NCBI GenBank assembly: GCA_051313645.2
Contig: JBNRSN020000508.1
Span: forward strand, 124,001 to 188,000
Direction: 5' to 3'
Origin: Centroscyllium fabricii
Taxonomy: Eukaryota
DNA: 64,000 bases
This document shows positions 11,995 through 24,939 of this stretch, one piece after another (the first letter of the stretch is position 1; the number at the start of each line of letters is the position of its first letter). The translations under genes were made by a program, and so were the position numbers. The notes below the pieces were generated by a model that was not told the origin of the DNA, made no database searches, and was given only the letters and a program-made list of their open reading frames with translations.

Positions 11995-14128
11995 GTCAGT
12001 GACCGGTGGTCTAAGTGAGTCAGTGACCGGTGGTCTAAGTGAGTCAGTGACCGGTGATCTGAGTAAGTCTGTGACTGGTGGTCTGAGTAAGTATGTGACC
12101 GGTGGTCTGAGGGTCGGTGACTGGTGGTCTGAGGGTCGGTGACTGGTGGTCTGAGGGTCGGTGACTGGTGGTCTGAGTAAGTATGTGACCGGTGGTCTGA
12201 GGGTCAGTGACCAGTGGTCTGAGGGTCAGTGACCAGTGGTCTGAGGGTCAGTGACCGGTGGTCTGAGAGTCAGTGACCGAAGGTCTGAGGGTCACTGACT
12301 GGTGGTCTGAGAGTCTGTTACCGGTGGTCTGAGGGTCAGTGATCGGTGGTCTGAGGGTCAGTGACCGGTGGTCTGAGGGTCAGTGACCAGTGGTTTGAGG
12401 ACCGTACACCGGAGGTCTGAGTGATTTCGTGACCAGTGGTCTGAGTGAGTCAGTGACCGGTGGTCTGAGTGTCAGTGACCGGTGGTCTGAGGATCATTGA
12501 CCGGTGGTCTGAGGATCATTGACCGGTGGTCTGAGCATCCATGGCCAGTGGTCTGAGGATCGTTGACCGGTGGTCTGAGCATCATGACCAGTGGTCTGAG
12601 GATTGTTGACTGGTGCTCTGAGCGTCAGTGATCGGTGGTCTGAGGGTCGATGACCGGTGGTCTGAGGGTCAGTGACCGGTGGTCTGAGGGTCAGTGACCG
12701 GTGGTCTGAGGGTCAGTGACCGCTGGTCTGAGGGTCAGCGACCGCTGGTCTGAGGATCGATGATCGATGGTCTGAGCATCCGTGACCAGTGGCCTGACGG
12801 TGGTCTGAGTGAGTCAGTGACCGGTGGTTTGAGAGTGAGTCAGTGACCAGTAGTCTGAGGGTCAGTGACTGGTAGTCTGAGGGTCAGTGACCTGTGGTCT
12901 GAGAGTCAGTGACCGGTGGTCTGAGTGAGTCAGTGACCGGTGGTCTGAGGGTCAGTGACCAGTGGTCTGAGTGAGTCAGTGACCGGTGGTCTGAGGGTCA
13001 GTGACCGGTGGTCTGAGGGTCAGTGACCGGTGGCCTGAGGGTCAGTGACCGGTGGCCTGAGGGTCAGTGACCGGTGGCCTGAGGGTCAGTGACCGGTGGC
13101 CTGAGGGTCAGTGACCGGTGGCCTGAGGGTCAGTGACCGGTGGTCTGAGTGAGTCAGTGACCGGTGGTCTGAGGGTCAGTGACCGGTGGTCTGAGGGTCA
13201 GTGACTGGTGGTGTGAGTGAGTCAGTGACCGGTGGTCTGAGGGTCAGTGACCGGTGGTCTGAGGGTCAGTGACCGGTGGTCTGAGGGTCAGTGACCGGTG
13301 GTCTGAGGGTCAGTGACCGGTGGTCTGAGGGTCAGTGACCGGTGGTCTGAGGGTCAGTGACCGGTGCTCTGAGGGTCAGTGACCGGTGCTCTGAGTGAGT
13401 CAGTGACAGGTGGTCTGAGGGTCAGTGACAGGTGGTCTGAGTGAGTCAGTGACCGGTGGTCTGAGGGTCAGTGACCAGTGGTCTGAGTGAGTCAGTGAAC
13501 GGTGGTCTGAGTGAGTCCGTGACAGTGGTCTGAGGGTCAGTGACCGGTGGTCTGAGGGTCAGTTACCAGTGGTCTGAGGGTCAGTGACTGGTGGTCTGAG
13601 GGTCAGTGACTGGTGGTCTGAGGGTCAGTGACCAGTGGTCTGAGTGAGTCAGTGATGGTGGTCTGAGTGAGTCAGTGACCGGTGGTCTGAGTGAGTCAGT
13701 GACGGTGGGCTGAGGGTCAGTGACCGGTGGTCCGAGTGAGTCAGTGACCGGTGGTCTGAGGGTCAGTGACCGGTGGTCTGAGGGTCAGTGACCGGTGGTC
13801 TGAGGGTCAGTGACTGGTGGTCTGAGTGAGTCAGTGACCGGTGGTCTGAGTGAGTCAGTGACGGTGGTCTGAGTGAGTCAGTGACCGGTGGTCTGAGGGT
13901 CAGTGACCGGTGGTCTGAGGGTCAGTGACCGGTGGTCTGAGGGTCCGTGACCGGTGGTCTGAGGGTCAGTGACCGGTGGTCTGAGGGTCAGTAACCGGTG
14001 GTCTGAGGGTCAGTGACCAGTGGTCTGACTGAGTCAGTGACCGGTGGTCTGAGGGTCAGTGACCGGTGGTCTGAGTGAGTCAGTGACCGGTGGTCTGAGG
14101 GTCAGTGACCGGTGGTCTGGGGGTCAGT
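11995..14128. repeat. 22-bp minisatellite (GAGGGTCAGTGACCGGTGGTCT) with 24-bp GAGTGAGTCAG variants
   Basis: Period of 22 seen directly (13021 to 13043). The array ends about 30 bp before the next exon. Confidence 0.95.
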
Positions 14129-14159
14129 GGGACTGATGAGGTCTGTGCTTCTTTTGCAG

Positions 14160-14258
14160 TATGTGGACCTGCGAACACGTTACATTGAGCTGATGACTCT
14201 GTCCAGCCAGTACATCAAGTTCATCACAGTCAATATCCGCAGGCTGGAGAACGAGGAG
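14160..14258 (+). CDS. PLEC: Plectin exon preceding the rod (equivalent to mammalian exon 30), 33 codons
   Basis: Boundaries cttttgcag|TAT...GAG|gtgaga. YVDLRTRYIELMTLSSQYIKFITVNIRRLENEE matches human YVDLRTHYSELTTLTSQYIKFISETLRRMEEEE. Missed by the ORF track. Confidence 0.95.
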
Positions 14259-14294
14259 GTGAGACTTCAAGGGAGCTTGGAATGAAGGGGTCAG

Positions 14295-14582
14295 CATGTA
14301 GGGTGAGGGGTTGGAATGCGGGCTGGGGCTTGGTGCCTGGGTGAGGGGTCGGCGTGTGGGGTGAGGGATCGGAATGCGGGTTGGGGGCTCGGTGTTTGGG
14401 TGAGGGGTTGGAATGCGGGCTGGGGCTTGGTGTCTGGGTGAGGGGTCGGCGTGCGGGGTGAGGGGTTGGAATGTGGGTCGGTGTCTGGGCGAGGGGTCAG
14501 CGTGTGCTGTGAGGGATCAGAATGCGGGCTGAGGGCTCGGTGTTTGGGTGCGGGGTCAGCGTGTGGGGTGAGGGGTCGACGT
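14295..14582. repeat. Degenerate G-rich tandem repeat (GGGTGAGGGGTTGGAATGCGGG...)
   Basis: Recurring GGGTGAGGGG and GGAATGCGGG units just after the donor site. Confidence 0.7.
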
Positions 14583-15029
14583 GACTGGTACTATCAAAAG
14601 TACAATGAATCCAGGTTTAAGTGAAAGGCAGAGTGTGAGGGTGAGAGAGACAGTCTAATCTATCAGAAAATAACTCCCTTCAGCTCACGCTTTAGTAATC
14701 ATCTTCAAAAGAGTTGATGCATCACCGGAGAGAGTGTCACTTAATAAAAACTCCTCATGAAGAAACGCAGCTTTCAACCATAATCCGCCTCAGCATAGAT
14801 GTTACACACAGCTGATGTTCTCCCCTCCACTAATCTTTGATTAGATTGGAAACAAGTGAATCTGTCTTCCATGATGCACTCCTTCCCATAGCATGCGCAG
14901 AGATCATACGCGAGAGTAACAAAGTGCGCGTGCAAGAGGATGATGTGAGAGAGACGGGTGAAACGTGCGAGCGATGGTGTGCAAGGGAGCTGTAGCATAT
15001 GAGCCCGAGGAGGTGGGGTGGGCGAGTGG

Positions 15030-17280
15030 GATGGAATGTGTGAGGGGGTGGTGTGTGCGATCGAGGGTGTTCGAAGAGGATGGAGTGTGCGAGGGACATG
15101 GAGTGTGCGAGGGACATGGAGTGTGCGAGGGACATGGAGTGTGCGAGGGACATGGAGTGTGCGAGGGACGCGGGGCGCGCGAGGGACGCGGGGCGCGCGA
15201 GGGACACGGGGCGCGCGAGGGACACGGGGAGTGCGCGAGGGACACGGGGAGTGCGCGAGGGACATGGAGTGTGCGAGGGACATGGAGCGCGCGAGGGACA
15301 CGGAGTGTGCAAGCAATGGTGTGTGAGGGGGGTGGATTGTGCGAGAAGGATGCAGAAACACAGAAGATAGGAGCAGGAGTCGGCCTTTAGGCCCTTCGAG
15401 CCTGCTCTGCCATTTTGATGAGATCATGGCTGATCATCGAAACCCAGCACCCCCCTCCTACCCTCTCCCCATATCCCCCGACACCCACAACTCTAAGAAG
15501 TATGTCTCACACACATACTCATGGGCAATTTTTTTTTAGTATCTCCAATTCACCGAACCTGCATGTCTTTGGGTGCAAGGGGGATTGATCGGGAGGGGAA
15601 GTGAGTGTGCAAGGGAGAGCAAATGTGCGAGGAGGATGACGTATGCGAGGGGGAGTGGGAGTTCGAGGGGATGGAGCAAATGTGATGGGGAATGTGCGAG
15701 GGCGAGCGTGCGAAGGGAGTGAGTGAGTGAGGGCGAATGAGTGTGCGAGGGGGGTGAGCATTCGAGGGGATGGAGTGAGTGTGAGGGGAGCGTGCGAGGG
15801 AATGGAGCGAGTGTGCGAGGGGGAGTGTGAATGTGCGAGGGGGTTGAGTGTTCGAGAGGATGGAGTGAGTGGGCGAGGGGATGATGCGAGGGAGTGGGTG
15901 TGTGAGGGGGAGTGGGCGTTCGAGGTGAGCGAGTGTGCGAGGGGGAGTGAGAATTCGAGGGGATATGGCAAGTGTGCGAGGGGGAGTGAGCATTCGAGGT
16001 GAGCGAGTGTGCAAGGGGGAGTGAGAATTCGAGGGGATATGGCAAGTGTGCGAGGGGGAGTGAGCATTCGAGGGGAGGCGTTGTGTGTGAGGGGGAGTGA
16101 GTGTTCGAGGTGATTGAGTGAGTGTGTGAGGGGGAGTACAAGGGGAAGTGAGTGTTCGAGAGGATGGAGCGCGTGTTTGAGGGGATGGAGCGGGTGTGCG
16201 TGAGGGAGTGCGACACAGTGGACGAGTGCGAGGGGATGGCGCAAGCGTGCGAGGGTCAATGAGCATTCGAGTGGATGGAGCGAGTGTGCGAGGGGGAGAG
16301 AGTGCCTGAGGGGGAGCGAGTGTTTGAGGGCGAGGGATCCTTTGAGGGGAAGGAGCGAGTGTGAGTGCGAGGGAGAGCGAGTGTGCAAGGGGGAGCGAGA
16401 GCGTGAGGGGGAATGTGCAAGGGGGTGTGAGCGCTCAAGGGGATGGAGTGAGTGTGAGTGTGCGAGGGAGAGTGAGTGTGCAAGGGGGAATGTGCAAGGG
16501 GGTGTGAGCGCTCAAGGGGATGGAGCGAGTGTGAGTGTACGAGGGAGAGCGAGTGTGCAAGGGGGAATGTGCAAGGGTGTGAGCGCTCAAGGGGATGGAG
16601 CGAGTGTGAGTGTGCGAGGGAGAGCGAGTGCAAGGGGGTGTGAGCGCTCAAGGGGATGGAGCGAGTGAGTGTACGAGGGGATGGAGCGAGTGTGCGAGGG
16701 AGAGTGAGTGTGCGAGGGAGAGTGAGTGTGCGAGGGAGAGCGAGTGTGCGAGGGGGAGCGAGTGTGCGAGGGAGAGCGAGTGTGCGAGGGGGAGCGTGTG
16801 TGCGAGGGGGAGCGAGTGTGCGAGGGAGAGCGAGTGTGCGAGGGGGAGCGTGAGTGTGCGAGGGAGAGCGAGTGTGCGAGGGGGAGCGAGTGTGCGAGGG
16901 AGAGCGAGTGTGCGAGGGGGAGCGTGTGTGCGAGGGGGAGCGAGTGTGCGAGGGAGAGCGAGTGTGCGAGGGGGAGCGAGTGTGCGAGGGGGAGCGTGTG
17001 TGCGAGGGAGAGCGAGAGTGCGAGGGGGAGCGAGTGTGCGAGGGGGAGCGAGTGTGCGAGGGGGAGGGGGAGCGAGTGTGCGAGGGGGAGCGAGTGTGCG
17101 AGGGGGAGCATGCAAGGAGATACAGCAAATGAATGAGGGGGAGCGAGCATTAAAGGGGATAGAGCGAGAGTACGAGGGATAAAGCGAGTGTGCGAGGGGG
17201 AGTGAATGTGCAAGGGGGCAAGCGTGCAAGGAGTTGTCGCGAGTGCACGAGGGGTAGTGAGTGTGTGAGGGGCAAGTGTG
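15030..17280. repeat. Purine-rich ~18-bp minisatellite (GAGCGAGTGTGCGAGGGG), degenerate to pure
   Basis: Translates as ECARGS/CEGERV repeats. Purest at 16690-17110. Confidence 0.9.
15355..15480 (-). mobile_element. CR1 or CR1-tailed SINE 3' end
   Basis: AGAAGATAGGAGCAGGAGTCGGCC...CTTCGAGCCTGCTCTGCCATT..GAGATCATGGCTGATC matches the 3' tails at 55250-55343 and 60620-60750. Confidence 0.75.
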
Positions 17281-18245
17281 CCAGACTGGAACAACTGTTT
17301 CGGTGCTTTTGAGCTGGCTTATTTTTTTTGCTGTAAATGAAGTTCTTTTCTGGCTGTGCTTTTTATCTTCTTGTTTATCTTTTGAAACCTTTTCCCTGCT
17401 CTCGAGTGCAACAGCTGCCTCTTCGAATGTTTGTGTTGGTTGGGCAGTAAAGGAGGTAAATTAAAACGCAGCCTCTCACCTCCCCACACAAGGTATTCTC
17501 TGTATCACTGCATGTGACCTTTCCACCTGAATCTGTCTCCCTGTCCCCCTCTCTGTGCTTGGACATGCTCAGGCTCCCATTGTTGCTCTTCATTGCTCCA
17601 CTCAGCACTGCCTTTGTGTTGGGCCGTTTGGCGTTGGGCTGTCTTGTCTGTCACATCTTCTGTACTTCAAACCTGCCGAGTTTTGAGGTAAATGTTTACA
17701 GCCGCATTCGAGGTGCTTTGGGATCTGTGTTAATTTTGACTGTGCAACTCACTGTTCCTTTAATAGGACACTCACTCATCGTGAGGAGTGGGAATGGGCC
17801 TTTGAATAAACAAACTTCCTCAATCAGAAAATTCATTGACAGTAGCAAAATCCTGAGGGACAGATAGCTCCTAAAGGAATCTGCCCCAACACGAGATGGG
17901 AATAGCCTTCACTGGGAATTGTCTGCACAGTAATCGATGGAGCGGGATGTTTGTGGGTGGAGAGTTAAGGATAGACTATTGGTGTCTGCACCTTATTTAA
18001 TGACTTTGGTTTTACGTACAGAGATGGTGTGATTGTACCGGGTGATACTGTCTCGCTGTTCCTAGAATGTATGTCCTGGTCAGTGTCTGCTTGTCCCTCC
18101 ATACTTCCATTTCCTGCTGTATTCAGTGACCAGTGACGTGTTGTATTCTGTCCTGTTCTCAATCTGCCTTGTTCAAATTCCATAACCAACATTTCAGCTG
18201 ATTTCTGTCCTCATGGCGTTTTGTCGGAGTTCTTTGGTTCTGTTC

Positions 18246-21200
18246 CCTCCCAATGGGAGCCCAGCACTCTCTCCCTCTCCCAATGGGAGCTCAGCACTCT
18301 CTCCTTCTCCCAGTGGGAGCCCAGCACTCTCTCCTCCCAGTGGGAGCCCAGCGCTCTCTCCCTCTCCCAATGGGAGCCCAGCGCTCTCTCCCTCTCCCAA
18401 TGGGAGCCCAGCACTCTCTCCCTCTCCCAATGGGAGCCCAGCGCTCTCTCCCTCTCCCAATGGGAGCCCAGCACTCTCTCACTCTCCCAATGGGAGCCCA
18501 GCACTCTCTCCCTCTCCCAATGGGAGCCCAGCACACTCTCCCTCTCCCAATGGGAGCCCAGCACTCTCTCCCTCTCCCAATGGGAGCCCAGCACTCTCTC
18601 ACTCTCCCAATGGGAGCCCAGCACTCTCTCCTTCTCCCAGTGGGAGCCCAGCACTCTCTCCTCCCAGTGGGAGCCCAGCGCTCTCTCCCTCTCCCAATGG
18701 GAGCCCAGCGCTCTCTCCCTCTCCCAATGGGAGCCCAGCACTCTCTCCCTCTCCCAATGGGAGCCCAGCGCTCTCTCCCTCTCCCAATGGGAGCCCAGCA
18801 CTCTCTCACTCTCCCAATGGGAGCCCAGCACTCTCTCCCTCTCCCAATGGGAGCCCAGCATGCTCTCCCTCTCCCAATGGGAGCCCAGCACTCTCTCACT
18901 CTCCCAATGGGAGCCCAGCACTCTCTCCCTCTCCCAATGGGAGCCCAGCACTCTCTCCCTCTCCCAATGGGAGCCCAGCGCTCTCTCCCTCTCCCAATGG
19001 GAGCCCAGCACGCTCTCACTCTCCCAATGGGAGCCCAGCACTCTCTCCCTCTCCCAATGGGAGCCCAGCACGCTCTCCCTCTCCCAATGGGAGCCCAGCA
19101 CTCTCTCACTCTCCCAATGGGAGCCCAGCACTCTCTCCCTCTCCCAATGGGAGCCCAGCACTCTCTCACTCTCCCAATGGGAGCCCAGCACTCTCTCCCT
19201 CTCCCAATGGGAGCCCAGCGCTCTCTCCCTCTCCCAATGGGAGCCCAGCACTCTCTCACTCTCCCAATGGGAGCCCAGCGCTCTCTCCCTCTCCCAATGG
19301 GAGCCCAGCACTCTCTCCCTCTCCCAATGGGAGCCCAGCACTCTCTCACTCTCCCAATGGGAGCCCAGCGCTCTCTCCTCCCAGTGGGAGCCCAGCAATC
19401 TCTCCCTCTCCCAGTGGGAGCCCAGCGCTCTCTCCCTCTCCCAATGGGAGCCCAGCACTCTCTCCTTCTCCCAGTGGGAGCCCAGCACTCTCTCCCTCTC
19501 CCAATGGGAGCCCAGCACTCTCTCCCTCTCCCAATGGGAGCCCAGCGCTCTCTCCCTCTCCCAATGGGAGCCCAGCGCTCTCTCCCTCTCCCAATGGGAG
19601 CCCAGCACTCTCTCAGTCTCCCAATGGGTGCCCAGCACTCTCTCCCTCTCCCAATGGGAGCCCAGCACGCTCTCCCTCTCCCAATGGGAGCCCAGCACTC
19701 TCTCCTCCCAGTGGGAGCCCAGCACTCTCTCCCTCTCCCAATGGGAGCCCAGCACTCTCTCCTTCTCCCAGTGGGAGCCCAGCACTCTCTCCCTCTCCCA
19801 ATGGGAGCCCAGCACTCTCTCCTTCTCCCAGTGGGAGCCCAGCGCTCTCTCCCTCTCCCAATGGGAGTCCAGCGCTCTCTCCCTCTCCCAATTGGAGCCC
19901 AGCACTCTCTCCCTCTCCCAATGGGAGCCCAGCACTCTCTCCCTCTCCCAATGGGAGCCCAGCACTCTCTCACTCTCCCAATGGGAGCCCAGCGCTCTCT
20001 CCTCCCAGTGGGAGCCCAGCACTCTCTCCCTCTCCCAGTGGGAGCCCAGCGCTCTCTCCCTCTCCCAATGGGAGCCCAGCACTCTCTCCCTCTCCCAATG
20101 GGAGCCCAGCACTCTCTCCCTCTCCCAATGGGAGTCCAGCGCTCACTCCCTCTCCCAATGGGAGCCCAGCACTCTCTCCCTCTCCCAATGGGAGCCCAGC
20201 ACTCTCTCCCTCTCCCAGTGGGAGCCCAGCGCTCTCTCCCTCTCCCAATGGGAGCCCTGCGCTCTCCCTCTCCCAGTGGGAGCCCAGCACTCTCTCCCTC
20301 TCCCAGTGGGAGCCCAGCACTCTCTCCCTCTCCCAATGGGAGCCCAGCGCTCTCTCCCTCTCCCAATGGGAGCCCAGTGCTCTCTCCCTCTCCCAGTGGG
20401 AGCCCAGCACTCTCTCCCTCTCCCAATGGGAGTCCAGCGCTCTCTCCCTCTCCCAATGGGAGCCCAGCACTCTCTCCCTCTCCCAATGGGAGCCCAGCGC
20501 TCTCTCCCTCTCCCAATGGGAGCCCAGCGCTCTCTCCCTCTCCCAATGGGAGCCCAGCACTCTCTCCCTCTCCCAATGGGAGCCCAGCACTCTCTCCCTC
20601 TCCCAATGGGAGTCCAGCACTCTCTCCCTCTCCCAGTGGCAGCCCAGCGCGCTCTCCTTCTCCCAATGGGAGCCCAGCACTCTCTCCTTCTCCCAGTGGG
20701 AGCCCAGCGCTCTCTCCCTCTCCCAATGGGAGTCCAGCACTCTCGCCCTCTCCCAATGGGAGCCCAGCGCTCTCTCCCTCTCCCAGTGGGAGCCCAGCAC
20801 TCTCTCCCTCTCCCAATGGGAGCCCAGCACTCTCGCCCTCTCCCAATGGGAGCCCAGCGCTCTCTCCCTCTCCCATTGGGAGCCCAGCACTCTCTCCCTC
20901 TCCCAATGGGAGCCCAGCGCTCTCTCCTTCTCCCAGTGGGAGCCCAGTGCTCTCATCCTCTCCCAATGGGAGCCCAGCACTCTCGCCCTCTCCCAATGGG
21001 AGCCCAGCACTCTCTCCCTCTCCCAATGGGAGCCCAGCGCTCTCTCCCTCTCCCAATGGGAGCCCAGCACTCTCCTTCTCCCAATGGGAGCCCACCACTC
21101 TCTCCCTCTCCCAATGGGAGCCCAGCACTCTCTCCCTCTCCCAATGGGAGCCCAGCGCTCTCTCCCTCTCCCAATGGGAGCCCAGCACTCTCCTTCTCCC

Positions 21201-21325
21201 AATGGGAGCCCACCACTCTCTCCCTCTCCCAATGGGAGCCCAGCACTCTCTCCTTCTCCCAATGGGAGCCCACCACTCTCTCCCTCTCCCAATGGGAACC
21301 CAGCGCTCTCTCCCTCTCCCCCAGT
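18246..21325. repeat. 30-bp minisatellite (CTCCCAATGGGAGCCCAGCACTCTCTCCCT), about 100 copies
   Basis: Exact 30-bp periodicity visible across successive lines, with occasional 27/28-bp units. Confidence 0.97.
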
Positions 21326-21542
21326 GAATGGAGAAATTCAGTGAGGCTCAGTTCCTGGCACTAAACCTCACTGAAAGAGATGGAGATGGGACTATTAAAA
21401 AGCCCCAATTCCCTCCAGCTGTTTGACACAGGTTGTCTCGAGTCCACGGTTCACTATTTCACCATCTGTATATCATCTGCTGACTGACTGCTCCTTATCT
21501 GTTTGTGCTGATGTTGCCTCTGTTCATTATTCTTACATTTAG

Positions 21543-24500
21543 AAAGTTGCGGAGAAGTTGAAGGCCGAGGAGAGGAAGCGTCTGGAAGAAGTGGAGGCTC
21601 AATTAGAGAAACAGAGGCAGTTGGCTGCTGCTCATGCCAAGGCTAAAACGGAGGCTGAGAAAGAAGCAAAAGAACTCCAACAGAGAATAGAGGAAGAGGT
21701 GAGCAAGAGAGAGGCTGTCGCGGTCAATGCTGAGCATCAGAAACAGAACGTTCAGCAAGAGTTTCAGCAACTCAAAAGCTCCTCAGAGATCGAAATCAAG
21801 ACAAAGACTAAGATGGTGGAGGAAGTCCTCCTCAGTCGCACCAAGATCGAGAAAGAAATTCGAATCATCCAACTTCAGCTAGAAACTTCTCAGAAACAGA
21901 AAACCGGCGCTGAATCAGAACTCCAGCAGCTGAAGGCGCGAGCGGAAGAGGCAGACAAGCAGAGGAAAACAGCGCTGGATGAGGCAGAGAGACTCCGCAA
22001 GCAGGTCAATGAGGAGTCGCAGAAGAAGAAACAGGCGGAGGAGGAACTGAAGCTGAAGATCCAGGCCGAAAGGGACGCAGCTCGGGAGAAACAAAAGGCT
22101 TTGGAGGACTTGCAGCATTTCAAGAACCAGGCCGCAGAAGTGGAGAGAAGAATGAAGCAGGCGGAGGTGGAGAGGGAGAGACAGCTGATGGTCACCCAGG
22201 AAGTGGCTCAGAAAAGTGCAGCAGCTGAACTTCAAAGCAAACGCATGTCATTCGAACAGAAAACTACGGAGCTGGAGATATCTCTTAAACAGGAGCACCA
22301 GGCTGTTACCCAGTTACAGGAAGAGGCAGCACGATTAAAGAGACAACAGGAGGATGCAGAGAATGCCAAGAAAGAAGCCGAGAAGGAGCTGGAGAAATGG
22401 CGGCAGAAAGCCAACGAGGCTCTTCGACTGAGACTACAAGCAGAGGAAGTTGCTCACAAGAAGTCCCTGGCTCAAGAGGAAGCAGAAAGGCAGAAAGAAG
22501 ATGCTGATCGAGAGGCCAGGCGGAGAGCAAAGACAGAAGAATCAGCCTTGCGTCAGAAGGAGATGGCCGAGCAGGAGCTGGATAAACAGAGGAAGCTGGC
22601 AGATGAAACGGCTCAACAGAAACTCTCAGCAGAACAGGAGCTGATCCGCTTACGAGCAGAGACGGAGAACGGCGAACAGCAGAGACTGCTCCTGGAGGAG
22701 GAACTCTATCGGCTGAAGAACGAGGTCAATGAGGTTCTTCGCCAAAGGAAGCTCTTGGAGGAAGAGTTGGCCAAAGTCAAAGCCGAGATGGAGACCCTGC
22801 TGCAAATGAAAGTGAAAACCGAGGAAGAAACGAGGTCAAACTCTGAAAAGACCAAACAGATGCTGGAGAAAGAAGCTGGGAAGATGAAGGAACTCGCGGA
22901 CGAAGCAGCGAAACTGCGGGCTGTGGCGGAGGAGGCCAAACGACAGAGGCAGCTCGCCGAGGATGATGCCACTCACCAGAGGAGTGAAGCCGAGCGAATA
23001 CTGAAAGAGAAACTCGCGGCCATTAATGATGCCACCCGCCTGAAAACAGAGGCTGAAATGGTCCTGAAGGAGAAGGAGGCAGAAAACGAACGTCTGCGGC
23101 GAATGGCTGAGGACGAGGCCTACCAACGGAAGCTTCTGGAAGAACAAGCAACTCAGCACAAGCAAGACATCGAGGAAAGAATTGTGCAGCTGAGGAAGAG
23201 CTCGGATCTTGAGCTGGACAGGCAGAAAGTCATCGTGGAGGAGACTTTGAAACACAGAAGAATCATCGAGGAGGAGATCAGAATCCTCAAACTCAACTTT
23301 GAAAAGGCTTCAGAAGGAAAATCAGATCTGGAAATCGAGCTGACAAAACTGAAAAACATTGCTGAGGAGACACAACGCAGCAAAGAAGAGGCGGAACAGG
23401 AGGTTGAGAGGCAGCGAGGAATGGCCATGGAGGAAGCGAAGAAGAGACAAGAGGCCGAAAGAAAAGTCAAGGAAATTCTCGCTGCCGAGGAAGAGGCCGC
23501 TCGGCAACGTAAGGCAGCACTGGACGAGGTTGAACGGCTCAAGAGAAAATCCGAGGAAGCCTGGAAACAGAAGGAGCTGTCGGAGAAGGAGGCCGAGAGG
23601 CAGATCAGTTTGGCGCAGCAGGCCGCTCACAAGCGCATTGTTGCTGAGGAGAAGGCGCATCTGGCAACAGTGCAGCAAAAAGAGCAGGAGCTGCTGCAGA
23701 CAAAGATCCAGGAGCAGACGATGGTGGACAACCTGAAGGAACAGGCAGAGCATGCCAAGCACCTGGCAGAGGAGGCGGAGCAGGCCCGCCTGAGGGCTGA
23801 GCAAGAGGCGGCCTTCTGCCGACAGCAAGCTGAGGCGGCGGAGCGCCTGAAACAACAAGCCGAGAAAGAAGCCCAGGACAAGGACAAGGCCCAGCGAGCC
23901 GCTGAGAAGATGAGGAAAGAAGCTGAGCTGGAAGCTGCGAAGAGAGCAAAGGCTGAGCAGGCGGCCCTGAAACAGAAACAAATGGCCAATGCGGACATGG
24001 AGAAGCACAAGAAGTTTGCAGAGCAGACCCTGAGACAGAAATTGGGTGTTGAGCAGGAGCTGGCAACGGTCAAACTGCAACTGGAGGAGACGGACCACCA
24101 GAAGTTGGTATTGGATGAGGAACTGCAGCGTCTGAAGTCTGAGGTGACGGAGGCCATGAAACAGAAGAACCAAGCTGAAGGTGAACTCTTCAAAGTCAAA
24201 ATACAGATGGAAGAACTCATCAAACTGAAGATGAGGATTGAGGAGGAGAACAAGATGCTGGTGATGAGAGACAAGGACAACAGCCAGAAACACCTCGCTC
24301 AAGAAGCAGAGAAAATGAAGCAGCTTGCTGAGGAAGCAGCCAGGTTAAGCGTTGAGGCACAGGAAACTGCCCGCCAGAGGAAGCTGGCAGAAGAAGACCT
24401 GGCTCAACAGCGCATACTTGCTGATAAGATGTTGAAGGAGAAGATGCAGGCCATTCAGGAGGCAAGCATGCTGAAAGCAGAGGCTGAGATGCTGCAGAAA

Positions 24501-24923
24501 CAGAGAGACCAGGCTCAGGAGCAAGCAAAGAAACTGTCCAAAGACAAGCAGCAGATGCAACAACGTTTAGACGAGGAAGCAGAAGAGTTTCAAAAGGTTT
24601 TGTTTACTGAGCGCAGGCGTCAGATGGAGATCAGTGAAGAAGCTCAGCACCTGAAGACTCTGGTCTCGGAGCTGTCGGAGGCTCAGGCGAAGGCAGAGAA
24701 AGAAGCTCAGAAATTCAAAAATCAGGCAAAAGACATCAGCTTGAAGCTTCGGGACACTGAACAGGCCACCAGAGAGAAGAGCAGCACTGTGGAGAAGCTG
24801 GAGCTTCAGTGGATTCAGAGTAAGAAAGAGGCCAGTCAGCTGCAGGAGGCCATTGCCGATCTGGAGAACGAGAAGGAGAAACTCAGGCAGGAGGCAGAGC
24901 TGCTGCTGCGGAAAGCCAAGGAG
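21543..24923 (+). CDS. PLEC: Plectin central coiled-coil rod exon (equivalent to mammalian exon 31), 1127 codons
   Basis: Boundaries tcttacatttag|AAA...GAG|gtaaat. Contains plectin rod motifs LEKQRQLAAAHAKAK, ELEKWRQKANEALRLRLQAEEVAHKKSLAQ, KEKEAENERLRRMAEDEAYQR and DMEKHKKFAEQTLRQK. Confidence 0.97.
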
Positions 24924-24939
24924 GTAAATTCACTGACGC

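Noticed and set aside
18213-21364. Three ~1000-aa + strand ORFs and several long - strand ORFs (SPNGSPALSP, SQWEPSTLSL and similar)
   Set aside because: Translations of a stop-free 30-bp intronic minisatellite that is open in several frames at once. There is no independent coding signal.
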